From positions 30,001 to 62,000 of the forward strand of contig NZ_JHXR01000017.1 of the NCBI RefSeq assembly GCF_000621645.1: a stretch of DNA of 32,000 nt. The letters run 5' to 3'. The number at the start of each line of letters is the position of its first letter. Position 1 is the first letter of the stretch. This stretch comes from Vibrio cholerae ATCC 14035. GTDB lineage: Bacteria > Pseudomonadota > Gammaproteobacteria > Enterobacterales > Vibrionaceae. The notes under the pieces were generated by a model. That model searched no databases. It saw nothing but the letters and a program-made list of their open reading frames with translations, and was not told where the DNA came from. This document shows positions 9,627-19,263 of this stretch, piece by piece. The position numbers were made by a program, and so were the translations under genes.

Positions 9627-12600
9627 GTGATTTCGACAGTAACCCGCCTCGGGCGGATCCTTATGTGGCTGCTGGTCAGCCTGCTGATTGTGCTGGCTTT
9701 GGCCGTCACAGCCCTGCGCATTTTGCTGCCACAGATGAACCGTTTTCAGGCGGAGATTCAGCATTGGCTGAATCAAAACTCGTCGGTACAAGTGGCGATT
9801 GCTGATGTACAAGGTTACTGGCGCAATACGCACCCCTCCCTCTCACTGCAAACCTTACAAGCCCATTGGCCGGACAGTAACGATATTCAGCTGAACGCGG
9901 CCAGTGTCGAGATTGAGTTCGACCTGCTGCAATCACTGTGGCAGCGGCAACCTGTGGTTGCCGATCTTACTGTCAATGGTTTAGTCCTTGATTTACGGGC
10001 GATCGACTGGCTGGCCTTAGAGCAAAATCCTAATCCGAAACAGTCGCGTCAAGGCCGCGTAGTCAAACAGCTCGATGATCTCTTACTGCGTCAACTGGAT
10101 GATTTCACCCTCAAAAACTCAGCGATTTTGTATCGCACTTTTGCCGGCGATCTGCGCCAACTCGATATTGAAAAACTGCGTTGGCAAAACCAAGGTCTAC
10201 GCCACTTTGCTGAAGGGGTGGTCAGTATTGCAGGCATCAACATCAACTCTTTGTTGGTAAGCGCTAACTTTATTGATCATGGTTCGCTGCGCGATGTGTC
10301 GGGCGATTTCTATGTCAGCGCGGATAAAGTGCGCGTATTACCTTGGTTAACACGATATTTAAAAGATCAAACTGGCATTCAAAAAGGCCAAGTAAGCTTA
10401 AATGCTTGGGCGACCCTTGAACACAATCAGCCGAAAGATGGCTATGTCGAATTTAAGCCTTCGGAGTTGGTGTGGCAAAACGGTGAGCAGACCCATGAAC
10501 TGCTGCTTGAGTCAGGGATTGTCGAACTCAAACCAACCGAGAAAGGTTGGCAAGTGAATGCCCACTCACTGCGTTTACGAAGTGATGATGAGCTATGGCC
10601 GCTGTTGGATGTGGCGATGGATTGGCAGCCCGATGAGTGGCGGCTTAATCTCTCTCAGCTCAATATTGAGAACCTGTTACCTCTGGCTAAGTTGATCCCC
10701 GAGTCACAAACGCTCAATCATTGGCTGACAACCTTAAAGCCGAAAGGGACTTTGGAAGATGTGCGGATTGCCAAAGGCGCAACGTTGGAATCATTACGTT
10801 ATTCGGCATCATTAATTGATGGCGGAATAGCGCAATGGGAGTTGCTACCCCAAGTCAATGCTTTGCAAGCGCAAATTCAAGGTTCACCGAGCAAAGCACT
10901 CATTAAAGCCAGCATGGTGGATGACGTCTTGCCCTATGGTGAGGTGTTCCAAGCTCCTCTGAATATCCGCCAAGGCGCAGTGAATCTGGTCTGGCAGCAA
11001 GAGCAATATGGATGGTCGCTCTGGTCCGATAAAGTCACGGTAGCGACGCCGGATCTGCAAGCGCTGGGCGCATTTCGCCTCGATTTCCCGGATGATGCTA
11101 GCCCATTCCTCTCATTTTATGCCGAAGCCGATCTCTTTAATGCTGGGGAGACATGGCGCTACTTGCCGACGTTGGCGTTAGGCCGTGAGCTGACCGATTA
11201 TCTCTCGACCGCGATTCAAGCGGGACAAGTCAATACCGCGAAACTGATCTGGTATGGCGCGTTAGATCAGTTTCCTTATCGTATGCACAATGGCGTGTTC
11301 CAAGCTTGGGTTGGTTTAAAAGAGGCCAAATTTGCCTTTGATACGGCTTGGCCACCGATCACCGATTTGCAGCTCGATCTGCTGTTTGAAAATGACGCCA
11401 TGTATCTCGACTCGCGCTCTGCTACCTTGATGGAAGTCAGTGCTGAACGGATCACCGGTCGTATTCCTGAATTGGCCGAGCTGGGTCACATTGAGATTGA
11501 AGCGGTAGCCAGTGCCCAGCAAGGTAACGCGATTCGCAATTACATGATGGCGACCCCGTTAGTCGATTCCGTAGGCGCGGCGCTGACCACGATTCAAGTT
11601 AAAGGACCGGTGCGCTCAGAGTTTCAACTCAATATTCCATTCCACAGTGGCGCAGAGCCGCGGGCTTGGGGCTTTGCCGAGCTGAGCAATAACGCGGTGG
11701 ATATTGATACACCGCCGATGAGCCTTACCTCTGTGTCTGGCAAAATCGAGTTCGATAATGACCGCGTGAGTGCAGCGGGGCTTGATGCCCGTTTGCTCAA
11801 ACAGCCCGTCTCGATCGATTTTAAAGGCGAAGATGCCAAGCGAGGTTATGCGGTTGGCATTGATATGGTTGGGGATTGGGAAGTCAAACCGCTGATCCCG
11901 TTTGTGGGCGAACGCTGGTTAAGCCGAGTGAAAGGCCATGCACCTTGGCAGGCGAGCGTTGACATTCAACTCAATGATGTGGGCTTTACTTACCAATTGG
12001 ATGGTAAGGCGGATTTGCGCGGGTTAGAGAGCCGCTACCCCTTCCCACTTAAAAAAGCACTCAAAGTGAAAGGGCAGGCTCTGTTGCAAGCCTCGGGCAA
12101 TCAAGAGATGGTTTCCGCGCGCTTGCAACTGCCGCAAGCAAAATATCAGGCCGAGATTGATTTAACGCCTAAAGTACCGGTTCTGAAAGCCACGAATCTG
12201 GTGCTTGGGCAGGGCAGTTTTAAAATTAGCCCAGTGGTGGGGCATCATGTCCAGTTGCGTAGCCAAGCGTTCAATCTGGATGATTGGCTCTCCATTTTGA
12301 ATGAAAAGCCTGCGCCTAAATCGCGAAAATCTAAGCTAGCCAGTTTAAATACGCCTGCATTTCCAATGCCGGAGCGAGTGGATGCGGCGGTTAAAGAGCT
12401 GACCTTTGCAGGGTTGGATTGGCATGACGTGGATCTTAATGCGCGGCGCAAAGACCTCGGCTGGCTTCTCAATCTGGATAGCCAAGAGATCAAAGGCCAA
12501 GCCAATTATATTGAGCCTTATGATTTGAGTATTGCGCTTGAGCGCCTGCATCTGTTTTTGCCTCAGCTCGAGGCGGGGGAAGAGGCGTTGCTGGTCGATC

Positions 12601-13502
12601 TTGATCGCCAGAAATTACCGCTTATCACCGATTTTGATCGTAAATTCCATCAATGGATGCCTAACCTTACGTTGACCATCAAAGACTTTTGGTTGCAAGG
12701 CTACAAAATCGGCCAAGCCAATGTCGATTTTCAGCGCCAAGGGGATACGCTGCTGTGGAAGAGCATTGATTTCACTAGTGGTACCAACCAACTGCATGTT
12801 AATGGCACTTGGACGCTGACCGATACTCAGAGCCGAACTCAAATGAATTTGGATATGAAGGGCGATAACAACAGTGACTTGATGGCACGTTTTGGGATCA
12901 ACTCAGGTATCCAGCGTGCGCCGTTTGAGATTACCGCAAGCACGCAATGGGATGGCGCTCCGTGGTCAATGCAGGTCAACACTTTGCAAGGCAAGGTGGA
13001 TACCAAACTTGGAAAAGGGGTGATTTCCGATGTGAGTGGGGCGGCAAGGTTACTTGGTCTATTTAGCCTTGATTCAATCATACGCAAAATGCAGCTCGAC
13101 TTTAGCGATGTATTTGATAAAGGGATGGCGTTTGATTCGATCTCCGGCAGTGGTGAGCTTTCCCAAGGAATTTTTGTCACCAATAACATCAAAATGGATG
13201 CGGTGGCCGGAGAGATGACGATTAAAGGTCTCGCCGATCTCAATACGCGCACGGTCGATGCAGAAGTGAATTTCGTCCCAGACATTACATCAGGCATTCC
13301 GGTATTGACGGCGTTTGCGGTGACACCTCAAACCGCCTTGTATGTGCTGGCGATCACTACGGTGATCTCTCCGGTAGTGGAAGTGTTTACTCAAGTCAAC
13401 TATGAAGTAAAAGGACCGCTCGATTCACCGACAGTGAAAGAGCTTTCGCGCAGTAAAGGCGAATTCAAGTTGCCGGAAAAGCTGCGTAAACTGACTGAAT
13501 AG
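9627..13502 (+). CDS. yhdP: YhdP-like AsmA-family envelope protein (large periplasm-spanning protein)
   Basis: 1291 aa with a GTG start. It has a single N-terminal TM helix (ILMWLLVSLLIVLALAV) followed by a long beta-rich sequence. Conserved position after rng, as in E. coli yhdP (about 1266 aa). Confidence 0.85.
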   Translation: MISTVTRLGRILMWLLVSLLIVLALAVTALRILLPQMNRFQAEIQHWLNQNSSVQVAIADVQGYWRNTHPSLSLQTLQAHWPDSNDIQLNAASVEIEFDLLQSLWQRQPVVADLTVNGLVLDLRAIDWLALEQNPNPKQSRQGRVVKQLDDLLLRQLDDFTLKNSAILYRTFAGDLRQLDIEKLRWQNQGLRHFAEGVVSIAGININSLLVSANFIDHGSLRDVSGDFYVSADKVRVLPWLTRYLKDQTGIQKGQVSLNAWATLEHNQPKDGYVEFKPSELVWQNGEQTHELLLESGIVELKPTEKGWQVNAHSLRLRSDDELWPLLDVAMDWQPDEWRLNLSQLNIENLLPLAKLIPESQTLNHWLTTLKPKGTLEDVRIAKGATLESLRYSASLIDGGIAQWELLPQVNALQAQIQGSPSKALIKASMVDDVLPYGEVFQAPLNIRQGAVNLVWQQEQYGWSLWSDKVTVATPDLQALGAFRLDFPDDASPFLSFYAEADLFNAGETWRYLPTLALGRELTDYLSTAIQAGQVNTAKLIWYGALDQFPYRMHNGVFQAWVGLKEAKFAFDTAWPPITDLQLDLLFENDAMYLDSRSATLMEVSAERITGRIPELAELGHIEIEAVASAQQGNAIRNYMMATPLVDSVGAALTTIQVKGPVRSEFQLNIPFHSGAEPRAWGFAELSNNAVDIDTPPMSLTSVSGKIEFDNDRVSAAGLDARLLKQPVSIDFKGEDAKRGYAVGIDMVGDWEVKPLIPFVGERWLSRVKGHAPWQASVDIQLNDVGFTYQLDGKADLRGLESRYPFPLKKALKVKGQALLQASGNQEMVSARLQLPQAKYQAEIDLTPKVPVLKATNLVLGQGSFKISPVVGHHVQLRSQAFNLDDWLSILNEKPAPKSRKSKLASLNTPAFPMPERVDAAVKELTFAGLDWHDVDLNARRKDLGWLLNLDSQEIKGQANYIEPYDLSIALERLHLFLPQLEAGEEALLVDLDRQKLPLITDFDRKFHQWMPNLTLTIKDFWLQGYKIGQANVDFQRQGDTLLWKSIDFTSGTNQLHVNGTWTLTDTQSRTQMNLDMKGDNNSDLMARFGINSGIQRAPFEITASTQWDGAPWSMQVNTLQGKVDTKLGKGVISDVSGAARLLGLFSLDSIIRKMQLDFSDVFDKGMAFDSISGSGELSQGIFVTNNIKMDAVAGEMTIKGLADLNTRTVDAEVNFVPDITSGIPVLTAFAVTPQTALYVLAITTVISPVVEVFTQVNYEVKGPLDSPTVKELSRSKGEFKLPEKLRKLTE

Positions 13503-13510
13503 GGAAGAAA

Positions 13511-14338
13511 ATGCAACGAGTTGGACTGGTGCAAATGACCTCAGGCCCTGAGATAAGTCGTAATCTGACTTATCTCAAACAAGAGGTGGCCAAGCTTGCT
13601 CAGCAAGGAGCACAATGGATTGTGACACCAGAAAATGCCCTGCTGTTGGGGAATCGTGAACAATACCATCAACAAGCCGAATCACTGGATCACGGCCCAG
13701 TTCAGCACGCCTTAGCGAGCCTCGCCAAAGAATATGGTGTATGGTTATTGATAGGCAGTATGCCGATCCGCCACGCTGAGGGGGTTACTACCAGTAGCCT
13801 ATTGTGGAATGCACAAGGTGAGCGAGTGGCGGTTTACGATAAACTGCATATGTTCGATGTCGATGTCGCTGATGGCCATCAGCGTTATCGCGAATCGGAA
13901 ACCTTTACGCCGGGGCAACAGGTGGTCGTCACCTCAACGCCGTTTGGAGCGTTGGGCCTATCGATTTGCTACGATGTGCGTTTTCCGCACTTGTACGCAG
14001 ATTTACGGCGCCAAGGTGCACAGATTTTGCTGGTTCCTGCGGCCTTTACTGCGGTGACGGGCCAAGCCCACTGGGAAGTCTTATTACGCGCCCGAGCCAT
14101 TGAAACGCAATGCTGGGTGATTGCCGTGGGTCAAACTGGACATCACCCATGCGGACGAGAGACGTGGGGACATTCCATGGTGATTAGCCCGTGGGGTGAA
14201 GTGATCGCCAATTTAGGCGCCGAAGTACAAAGTAAAGTGGTCGAGTTCGATCTTGCAACGCTCGATTCTGTGAGACGCGCAATGCCCATTACACAGCACA
14301 CGCGTTTTACCCATCAATTAATAGAGAACACACACTGA
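13511..14338 (+). CDS. Carbon-nitrogen hydrolase (nitrilase superfamily, Nit/YafV-like amidase)
   Basis: 275 aa. The Glu-Lys-Cys triad contexts are visible: TPENAL (E), YDKLHMFD (K) and [10 protein letters not shown] (C). It has a TGATG stop/start overlap with tldD. The yhdP-nitrilase-tldD arrangement is, from memory, common in gamma-proteobacteria such as Pseudomonas. Confidence 0.85.
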   Translation: MQRVGLVQMTSGPEISRNLTYLKQEVAKLAQQGAQWIVTPENALLLGNREQYHQQAESLDHGPVQHALASLAKEYGVWLLIGSMPIRHAEGVTTSSLLWNAQGERVAVYDKLHMFDVDVADGHQRYRESETFTPGQQVVVTSTPFGALGLSICYDVRFPHLYADLRRQGAQILLVPAAFTAVTGQAHWEVLLRARAIETQCWVIAVGQTGHHPCGRETWGHSMVISPWGEVIANLGAEVQSKVVEFDLATLDSVRRAMPITQHTRFTHQLIENTH

Positions 14339-15783
14339 TGACGATGAACCAAATTGAAACGGCACTGCTGGCACCCGCTGGGCTCACTGAACAGGATATT
14401 GCCGATACGCTGTCCAGTATTGCGACTCGCCAGATTGATTATGCCGATATTTATTTCCAATCCAGCTGGCATGAATCTCTAGTGCTGGAAGACAGCATCA
14501 TTAAAGACGGCTCATTCAATATTGATTGTGGGGTCGGTGTGCGCGCCGTCAGTGGTGAAAAAACCGGTTTTGCTTATTCCGACCAAATTCAGTTAGAAGG
14601 TTTAAAGCAGAGTGCCATCGCGGCGCGTGGGATTGCTCAACAAGGCCAAAACCTCACCGTACAAGCGTTTAAGCGCGCGCAACATCCTGCGTTTTATGGC
14701 GCGCATAACCCACTGGAAAGTTGGGAAAAACAGCAAAAAACCGAACTGCTGAAACAACTGGATGCGTACATTCGTACTAAAGAGCCTCTCATTACCGAAG
14801 TGTCAGTCAGTCTAAGTGGTGTGCATGAGCAGATCCTCGTGGCGGCTACCGATGGCACGTACGCAGGGGATATTCGTCCTCTGGTTCGTCTTTCGATCAG
14901 TGTGTTGGCGCAAAAAGGCGATCGCCGTGAGCGCGGTAGCGCCGGTGGTGGTGGCCGTTTTGGTTACGACTATTTCTTACAAGAAGAAGCGGGACAAAAA
15001 ATCGCGTTTTCTTTCGCCGATGAAGCGATTCGTCAAGCGCTCGTTAACCTTGAAGCGGTAGCCGCTCCTGCCGGAACCATGCCTGTGGTACTCGGTTCTG
15101 GTTGGCCGGGTGTGTTGCTGCATGAGGCGGTGGGTCATGGCCTGGAAGGCGATTTTAACCGTAAAGGCTCGTCGGTATTTGCAGGCAAAGTCGGCAAAAA
15201 AGTCACTTCCGATCTGTGTACGATTGTCGATGACGGTACACTCAAAGATCTGCGCGGCTCTCTCAACGTTGATGATGAAGGGGTAAGTGGTCAATACAAC
15301 GTGCTGATCGAAAAAGGTATTTTGAAAGGCTACATCCAAGACAAGCTCAATGCTCGTTTAATGGGCGTGGCACCAACGGGTAACGGACGCCGTGAATCTT
15401 ACGCTCATCTGCCGATGCCGCGTATGACCAATACTTACATGCTACCGGGCGAGCACACACCAGAAGAGATCATCGCTTCGGTGAAAAAAGGCATTTACGC
15501 GCCGAACTTTGGTGGCGGTCAGGTCGATATCACCTCCGGTAAGTTTGTGTTCTCGGCCTCTGAAGCTTACTTGATTGAAAATGGCAAAATCACCCGTCCA
15601 ATCAAAGGCGCAACTCTGATTGGTTCTGGTATTGAAGCCATGCAGCAGGTATCTATGGTCGGTAACGATCTGGCGCTGGATCGTGGTGTTGGCGTGTGTG
15701 GTAAAGCCGGACAAAGCGTGCCTGTGGGCGTTGGCCAGCCAACTCTGAAGTTGGATGCCCTGACCGTGGGTGGGACAGAGTAA
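14338..15783 (+). CDS. tldD: Metalloprotease TldD
   Basis: 481 aa. It has the HExxxH-type motif [13 protein letters not shown] and the same length as E. coli TldD. Confidence 0.93.
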   Translation: MTMNQIETALLAPAGLTEQDIADTLSSIATRQIDYADIYFQSSWHESLVLEDSIIKDGSFNIDCGVGVRAVSGEKTGFAYSDQIQLEGLKQSAIAARGIAQQGQNLTVQAFKRAQHPAFYGAHNPLESWEKQQKTELLKQLDAYIRTKEPLITEVSVSLSGVHEQILVAATDGTYAGDIRPLVRLSISVLAQKGDRRERGSAGGGGRFGYDYFLQEEAGQKIAFSFADEAIRQALVNLEAVAAPAGTMPVVLGSGWPGVLLHEAVGHGLEGDFNRKGSSVFAGKVGKKVTSDLCTIVDDGTLKDLRGSLNVDDEGVSGQYNVLIEKGILKGYIQDKLNARLMGVAPTGNGRRESYAHLPMPRMTNTYMLPGEHTPEEIIASVKKGIYAPNFGGGQVDITSGKFVFSASEAYLIENGKITRPIKGATLIGSGIEAMQQVSMVGNDLALDRGVGVCGKAGQSVPVGVGQPTLKLDALTVGGTE

Positions 15784-15840
15784 CCGAATTTTGCTGGTTC
15801 GTTGGCCTAACCGTTAGTCTGACAATAGACACTACGACAC

Positions 15841-15872
15841 AAAACCACCGCCATTCGCGGTGGTTTTGCGTT
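15841..15872. terminator. Bidirectional rho-independent terminator between convergent tldD and arcA
   Basis: aaaaccaccgc-cattc-gcggtggtttt is an 11-bp perfect stem with an A-run on the left and a T-run on the right. Confidence 0.7.
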
Positions 15873-15878
15873 GAGAGT

Positions 15879-17102
15879 TTAAATCCCGTCACGCTCAATT
15901 GGGCAGCTCATACAGCGTGCGCCGCCGCGGCCTCGTCCTAGCTCATTGCCGGGAATGGTCAGTACCTTAATGCCTGCTTTATCGTATTTCTCATTGGTAT
16001 AAACGTTGCGTTCGTAGCCAATCACTACCCCAGGTTTGACAGTGAGGACATTATTGGCGTCATTCCACTGCTCGCGTTCGGCTTCGTAACTGTTGCCACC
16101 TGTGGTGATGATTTTCAAATAATCGACCCCAAGTGCTTGCTCAATGGCGTGTAAATAGCTGGGGACTTGCTCAACGCGCATATCGCCGTTATTGCCCTTG
16201 GGGGTGAGTCGCCAAGTCGGCAGATCTTTACGCATGACCTCTGGATAAACGGAAAAAGTATCCACATCCATATGAGTCATCACCGTATCTAAATGCATGC
16301 ACGAGCGATGTTTGGGCAGGTTGATCGCAATCACTTTGCTGGCTTGACCATGTTTAAAGAGTGCGGCCGCTAAATTTTCCACTCCTTGTGGTGAAGTGCG
16401 TTCAGACATTCCAATCAACACCGCGCCTTTGCCGATCACCAGCACATCACCACCCTCTATATTGGCGTTGTCGTAGTGCAGATCATCAATACCGAAATAG
16501 TGGATAAAAGGATGCTGGGCAAAAATCGGGTGCCAGCGATAAATCGCGCGCAAATGGTTGGTTTCACGCTGGCGAGCCGGTTTCATCATTGGATTGAGTG
16601 ACACCCCTCCATACACCCAGCAGGAGGTATCACGAGTAAACAGGTGATTGGGCAGCGGCTCAATCACAAAATCGAGTGGCTGGCGCATTTTCGGTAGCAT
16701 GGAATCCGATTCGAGGTGCAATTCAGAAAAAGCGAGCCCGCCCAGTAAAAGCGTGGTGAGATGATGATCATCAAGATGGTTTAGAGCGTGGCGCAGCTCG
16801 CGAGCAAAGGTTGGACCAAAGCGAAAATCGCTGATCTGAGTGTTCAGTAGCCACTGTCTGGCTTCAGGAATGGCGAGTGTCTCTTCGAGTAAATCGTGCA
16901 GCAGTAACACTTCCACATCTTGCGTGCGCAACGTATTGGCAAAGGCATCGTGCTCAACGCCCGCCGCTTCAACGGCCAGTACATCATCAAACAAGAGTTC
17001 ATGGCAGTTAGAGGGGGTTAAATGGGTGAGTGCCCGCTCCGGACGATTTAGCAATACACGGCGCAGTTGCCCCACTTCAGAGCCCACATACAAACGATTC
17101 AT
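15879..17102 (-). CDS. arcA: Arginine deiminase
   Basis: 407 aa. It has the N-terminal [18 protein letters not shown]...LLFDDVL and the C-terminal catalytic-Cys context [15 protein letters not shown] typical of ADI. Strong SD: GAGAGGAAGGAAACCCG-ATG. Confidence 0.93.
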   Translation of the reverse strand: MNRLYVGSEVGQLRRVLLNRPERALTHLTPSNCHELLFDDVLAVEAAGVEHDAFANTLRTQDVEVLLLHDLLEETLAIPEARQWLLNTQISDFRFGPTFARELRHALNHLDDHHLTTLLLGGLAFSELHLESDSMLPKMRQPLDFVIEPLPNHLFTRDTSCWVYGGVSLNPMMKPARQRETNHLRAIYRWHPIFAQHPFIHYFGIDDLHYDNANIEGGDVLVIGKGAVLIGMSERTSPQGVENLAAALFKHGQASKVIAINLPKHRSCMHLDTVMTHMDVDTFSVYPEVMRKDLPTWRLTPKGNNGDMRVEQVPSYLHAIEQALGVDYLKIITTGGNSYEAEREQWNDANNVLTVKPGVVIGYERNVYTNEKYDKAGIKVLTIPGNELGRGRGGARCMSCPIERDGI

Positions 17103-17158
17103 CGGGTTTCCTTCCTCTCTTTTGTGCCACCCATTGCGATGTGTAGGTAGCGATGGCT

Positions 17159-17279
17159 TATCCCTTTCCTATTTGCAGCGGTGTTGGCTACGTTCGTTCA
17201 CCCCAGTCGCAGTGTTTATCTATGCTCATGGGGATGTACTCTCTTGCTGCCTACCTGCCACTCCAAGTAGTTTGGGTAT
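17159..17279. repeat. ERIC (enterobacterial repetitive intergenic consensus)-type imperfect palindromic element, copy 1
   Basis: It contains cgttcaccccagtcgcagtgtt (compare the reverse complement of ERIC2 primer AAGTAAGTGACTGGGGTGAGCG) and atgctcatggggatgtac (compare ERIC1R ATGTAAGCTCCTGGGGATTCAC). It aligns along its length with the copy at 26183..26325. It lies 56 nt upstream of the arcA start codon. Confidence 0.8.
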
Positions 17280-17828
17280 AACAAGCATCCTGCTTGCCAA
17301 TTCTTCGGTTCGATATAGTTATGAAGAGATTTTTATGAAGTTGCAAGTTGGCTTTGTGTTATTAAACTTCGCTTTATTTTTATTTTTTAGATTATTTGTC
17401 TTTTTTGACTGTGATTTTTAGCGCTGTATTCTTTTTGCACCTAAGAAGTGTGTTGTTGCTCAATTTGCTTAGCTATGCGCAGCATAAGCCGATGTGTTTA
17501 TGCATTTTTGGTTCTTAAATTAACTATTTATTCACAATGGGTGAGTGCTTGAAGGGAAGGGTGGCATTTTTTCCTTTTTTAGTCGTTTTTTAGCTATGCA
17601 TTATCTTTCCATAAACAGGCAATCAGCCGCTCGATTTCAACGGATAGAGAGAGCACAGATTATGCTGAATTTGGCATTTGATAAAAAAATGTTAAAAACC
17701 TTATAAAGAAAGGATCGTGAGTTCAGTGAAAGATCTTCCCAGATCGTTTTGTGGCTAGAAATTCCCTTCAATCCATGCGATAGTGCGCCGCACAAATTTC
17801 CGATCCCATTGACTATCTGGAGCACATC

Positions 17829-18251
17829 ATGTCTCACCAAGATGATTATCTATCTGTAGAAGAATTAATCGAGATCCAAAAGGAAGAGACTCGCGACATT
17901 ATTCAGGCCCTGCTCGAAGATGGCAGTGATCCAGATGCCTTGTATGAGATTGAACACCATCTGTTTGCAGAAGATTTCGATAAGCTGGAAAAAGCGGCCG
18001 TTGAAGCGTTCAAAATGGGTTTTGAAGTGCTGGAAGCGGAAGAAACGGAAGATGAAGATGGTAATAAGCTGCTCTGCTTTGATGCCACCATGCAGTCTGC
18101 ATTAGATGCCAAACTGATTGATGAACAAGTGGAAAAACTGGTCAATCTGGCTGAAAAGTTTGACATCATTTATGACGGTTGGGGTACGTATTACGAAGGC
18201 GAAGACGCTTTGTACTCTGACGAAGATGAGGATGAAGACGACGAGCATTAA
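17829..18251 (+). CDS. rraB: Regulator of RNase E activity B (RraB/YjgD)
   Basis: 140 aa. [26 protein letters not shown]...[17 protein letters not shown] and the acidic tail [10 protein letters not shown] are colinear with E. coli RraB. Confidence 0.9.
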   Translation: MSHQDDYLSVEELIEIQKEETRDIIQALLEDGSDPDALYEIEHHLFAEDFDKLEKAAVEAFKMGFEVLEAEETEDEDGNKLLCFDATMQSALDAKLIDEQVEKLVNLAEKFDIIYDGWGTYYEGEDALYSDEDEDEDDEH

Positions 18252-18265
18252 TCCTCGAGTCTAAG

Positions 18266-18293
18266 ATACCAGCCACAGGGCTGGTATTTTTTT
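18266..18293 (+). terminator. Rho-independent terminator of rraB
   Basis: ataccagcc-acag-ggctggtat followed by ttttttt. Confidence 0.75.
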
Positions 18294-18339
18294 GCCTGTA
18301 CCAATCGATTGTAAGCCACAATCACTGTGTTACATGGAC

Positions 18340-18368
18340 GCTGCAATAGATTTCACTTCGGGTATAAT
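18340..18368 (+). promoter_or_regulatory. Candidate sigma70 promoter for the 18398 gene
   Basis: Perfect -10 TATAAT at 18363-18368. The -35 (gctgca, 17-nt spacer) is weak. It lies 30 nt upstream of the start codon. Confidence 0.35.
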
Positions 18369-18397
18369 GCGCGCAAACCAACAGGAATTGGAACCTT

Positions 18398-19195
18398 ATG
18401 CAGCTCTCACTCGCCGGCCTTTGGCAACTCTCTCCACTGACGGATCTCTCCATCCCTCAAGATGACATCACCTTTCCAGCGCCATTAAGTGCCGTTTTGC
18501 CCAAAACATTGAGCGAAGACGATATTGCGCAGCAAGAGTGGCATTTAATGCACGATATAGAGGTGGATGACGATTTGTTGAGCTTTGCCGCTATTGATTT
18601 GGTGATTGAAGGCATTGATTACCACGCTGAAGTGCGCCTTAACGGTGTGGCGCTGTTTGACTGTGATGGCTCACAAGCGATTTACCGCAAAGAGATTCGT
18701 TCATTATTGAAGCCGGGTCGCAACCGATTTGAAATTCTATTTTTAGAAGTGGATGAGGATGGGTTGCTGGATGAAGAGGAGAGCGAGTTGTGTTTCTTGG
18801 GCGAGCAGGATGTGCCCAGTTATGATCAGCGAATGGGGATCTGGAAAGCGCCTTATCTACAATGCATCCGTCATTTGCGTCTGACCCATGTTTCAACTGA
18901 GCAAATCTGGCACCACAGCGGCTGCGAGTTGCTGGTAAACCTGTTTTTCACCACCTATTCGCCGGGCTTGGTTTCCGCTGCGGTAAAATTTGATGGGCGA
19001 ACCTATCAAGTGCCGATTGATGTGCGTAGCGATCATGCGAGCGTACTCTTTCAGGTTGATGCCCCTAAGATCTACGATGTGCGCCACCCGCGAGCAGAAG
19101 ATCTGTATCTGATCACCGTGCAGTTGGATGGACAAGTTAAGCGTTTCCGACTGGGCTTGAGTGAAGCGCATTGTGTTAGCCATTTCCCGCTGTAA
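18398..19195 (+). CDS. Hypothetical protein resembling the N-terminal sugar-binding jelly-roll and Ig-like domains of GH2 glycosidases (beta-mannosidase-like), with no catalytic domain
   Basis: 265 aa. The pattern LSLAGLWQLS...IDLVIEGIDYHAEVRLNGVALF...LLKPGRNRFEILF...MGIWKAPYLQCIRHLRL...LYLITVQLDGQ...RLGL mirrors GH2 N-terminal domains (compare FEGLDTxAxVxLNG and GIWRxVxL). The ORF stops where the TIM-barrel would begin and is followed at once by a terminator. Confidence 0.7.
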   Translation: MQLSLAGLWQLSPLTDLSIPQDDITFPAPLSAVLPKTLSEDDIAQQEWHLMHDIEVDDDLLSFAAIDLVIEGIDYHAEVRLNGVALFDCDGSQAIYRKEIRSLLKPGRNRFEILFLEVDEDGLLDEEESELCFLGEQDVPSYDQRMGIWKAPYLQCIRHLRLTHVSTEQIWHHSGCELLVNLFFTTYSPGLVSAAVKFDGRTYQVPIDVRSDHASVLFQVDAPKIYDVRHPRAEDLYLITVQLDGQVKRFRLGLSEAHCVSHFPL

Positions 19196-19217
19196 CGTTT
19201 TTTGCATCAACAATACA

Positions 19218-19243
19218 AAACGCCTTCATCAAGAAGGCGTTTG
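19218..19243. terminator. Bidirectional rho-independent terminator between the convergent 18398 gene and the DUF2061 gene
   Basis: aaacgccttc-atcaa-gaaggcgttt is a 10-bp stem flanked by A- and T-rich runs. Confidence 0.7.
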
Positions 19244-19263
19244 AAGATGCTTTGGCATCACAC

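Noticed and set aside
16840-17421. 193-aa plus-strand ORF overlapping the arcA 5' end and running through ERIC copy 1
   Set aside because: It is antisense to a well-supported gene. Its product is low-complexity and Ser/Cys-rich ([14 protein letters not shown]), it has no SD, and it reads through a repeat element. It is a typical shadow ORF.
17335-17421. 28-codon Phe-rich ORF (MKLQVGFVLLNFALFLFFRLFVFFDCDF), preceded by an overlapping 5-codon ORF, as a possible type I toxin or Phe leader peptide
   Set aside because: It lies in a very T-rich tract where TTT and TTC codons arise by composition alone. Its SD is weak (GAAGAG), no adjacent antisense or target gene logic is apparent, and it has no counterpart in the paralogous arcD upstream region. 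It is kept only as a note.
17103-17828. FNR/ANR (TTGAT-N4-ATCAA) or CRP (TGTGA-N6-TCACA) sites upstream of arcA, and likewise upstream of arcD (26326..26596), as expected for anaerobically induced ADI genes
   Set aside because: Only half-site matches were found by eye (for example TTGATaaaaAAATG, TCGATttcaACGGA, TGTGAtttttaGCGCT). None has both arms, so no call is made without a weight-matrix scan.
17637-17840. 67-aa minus-strand ORF in the arcA-rraB spacer overlapping the rraB start
   Set aside because: It has no SD and no recognisable motif, it overlaps the rraB ribosome-binding site on the opposite strand, and its composition is intergenic-like.
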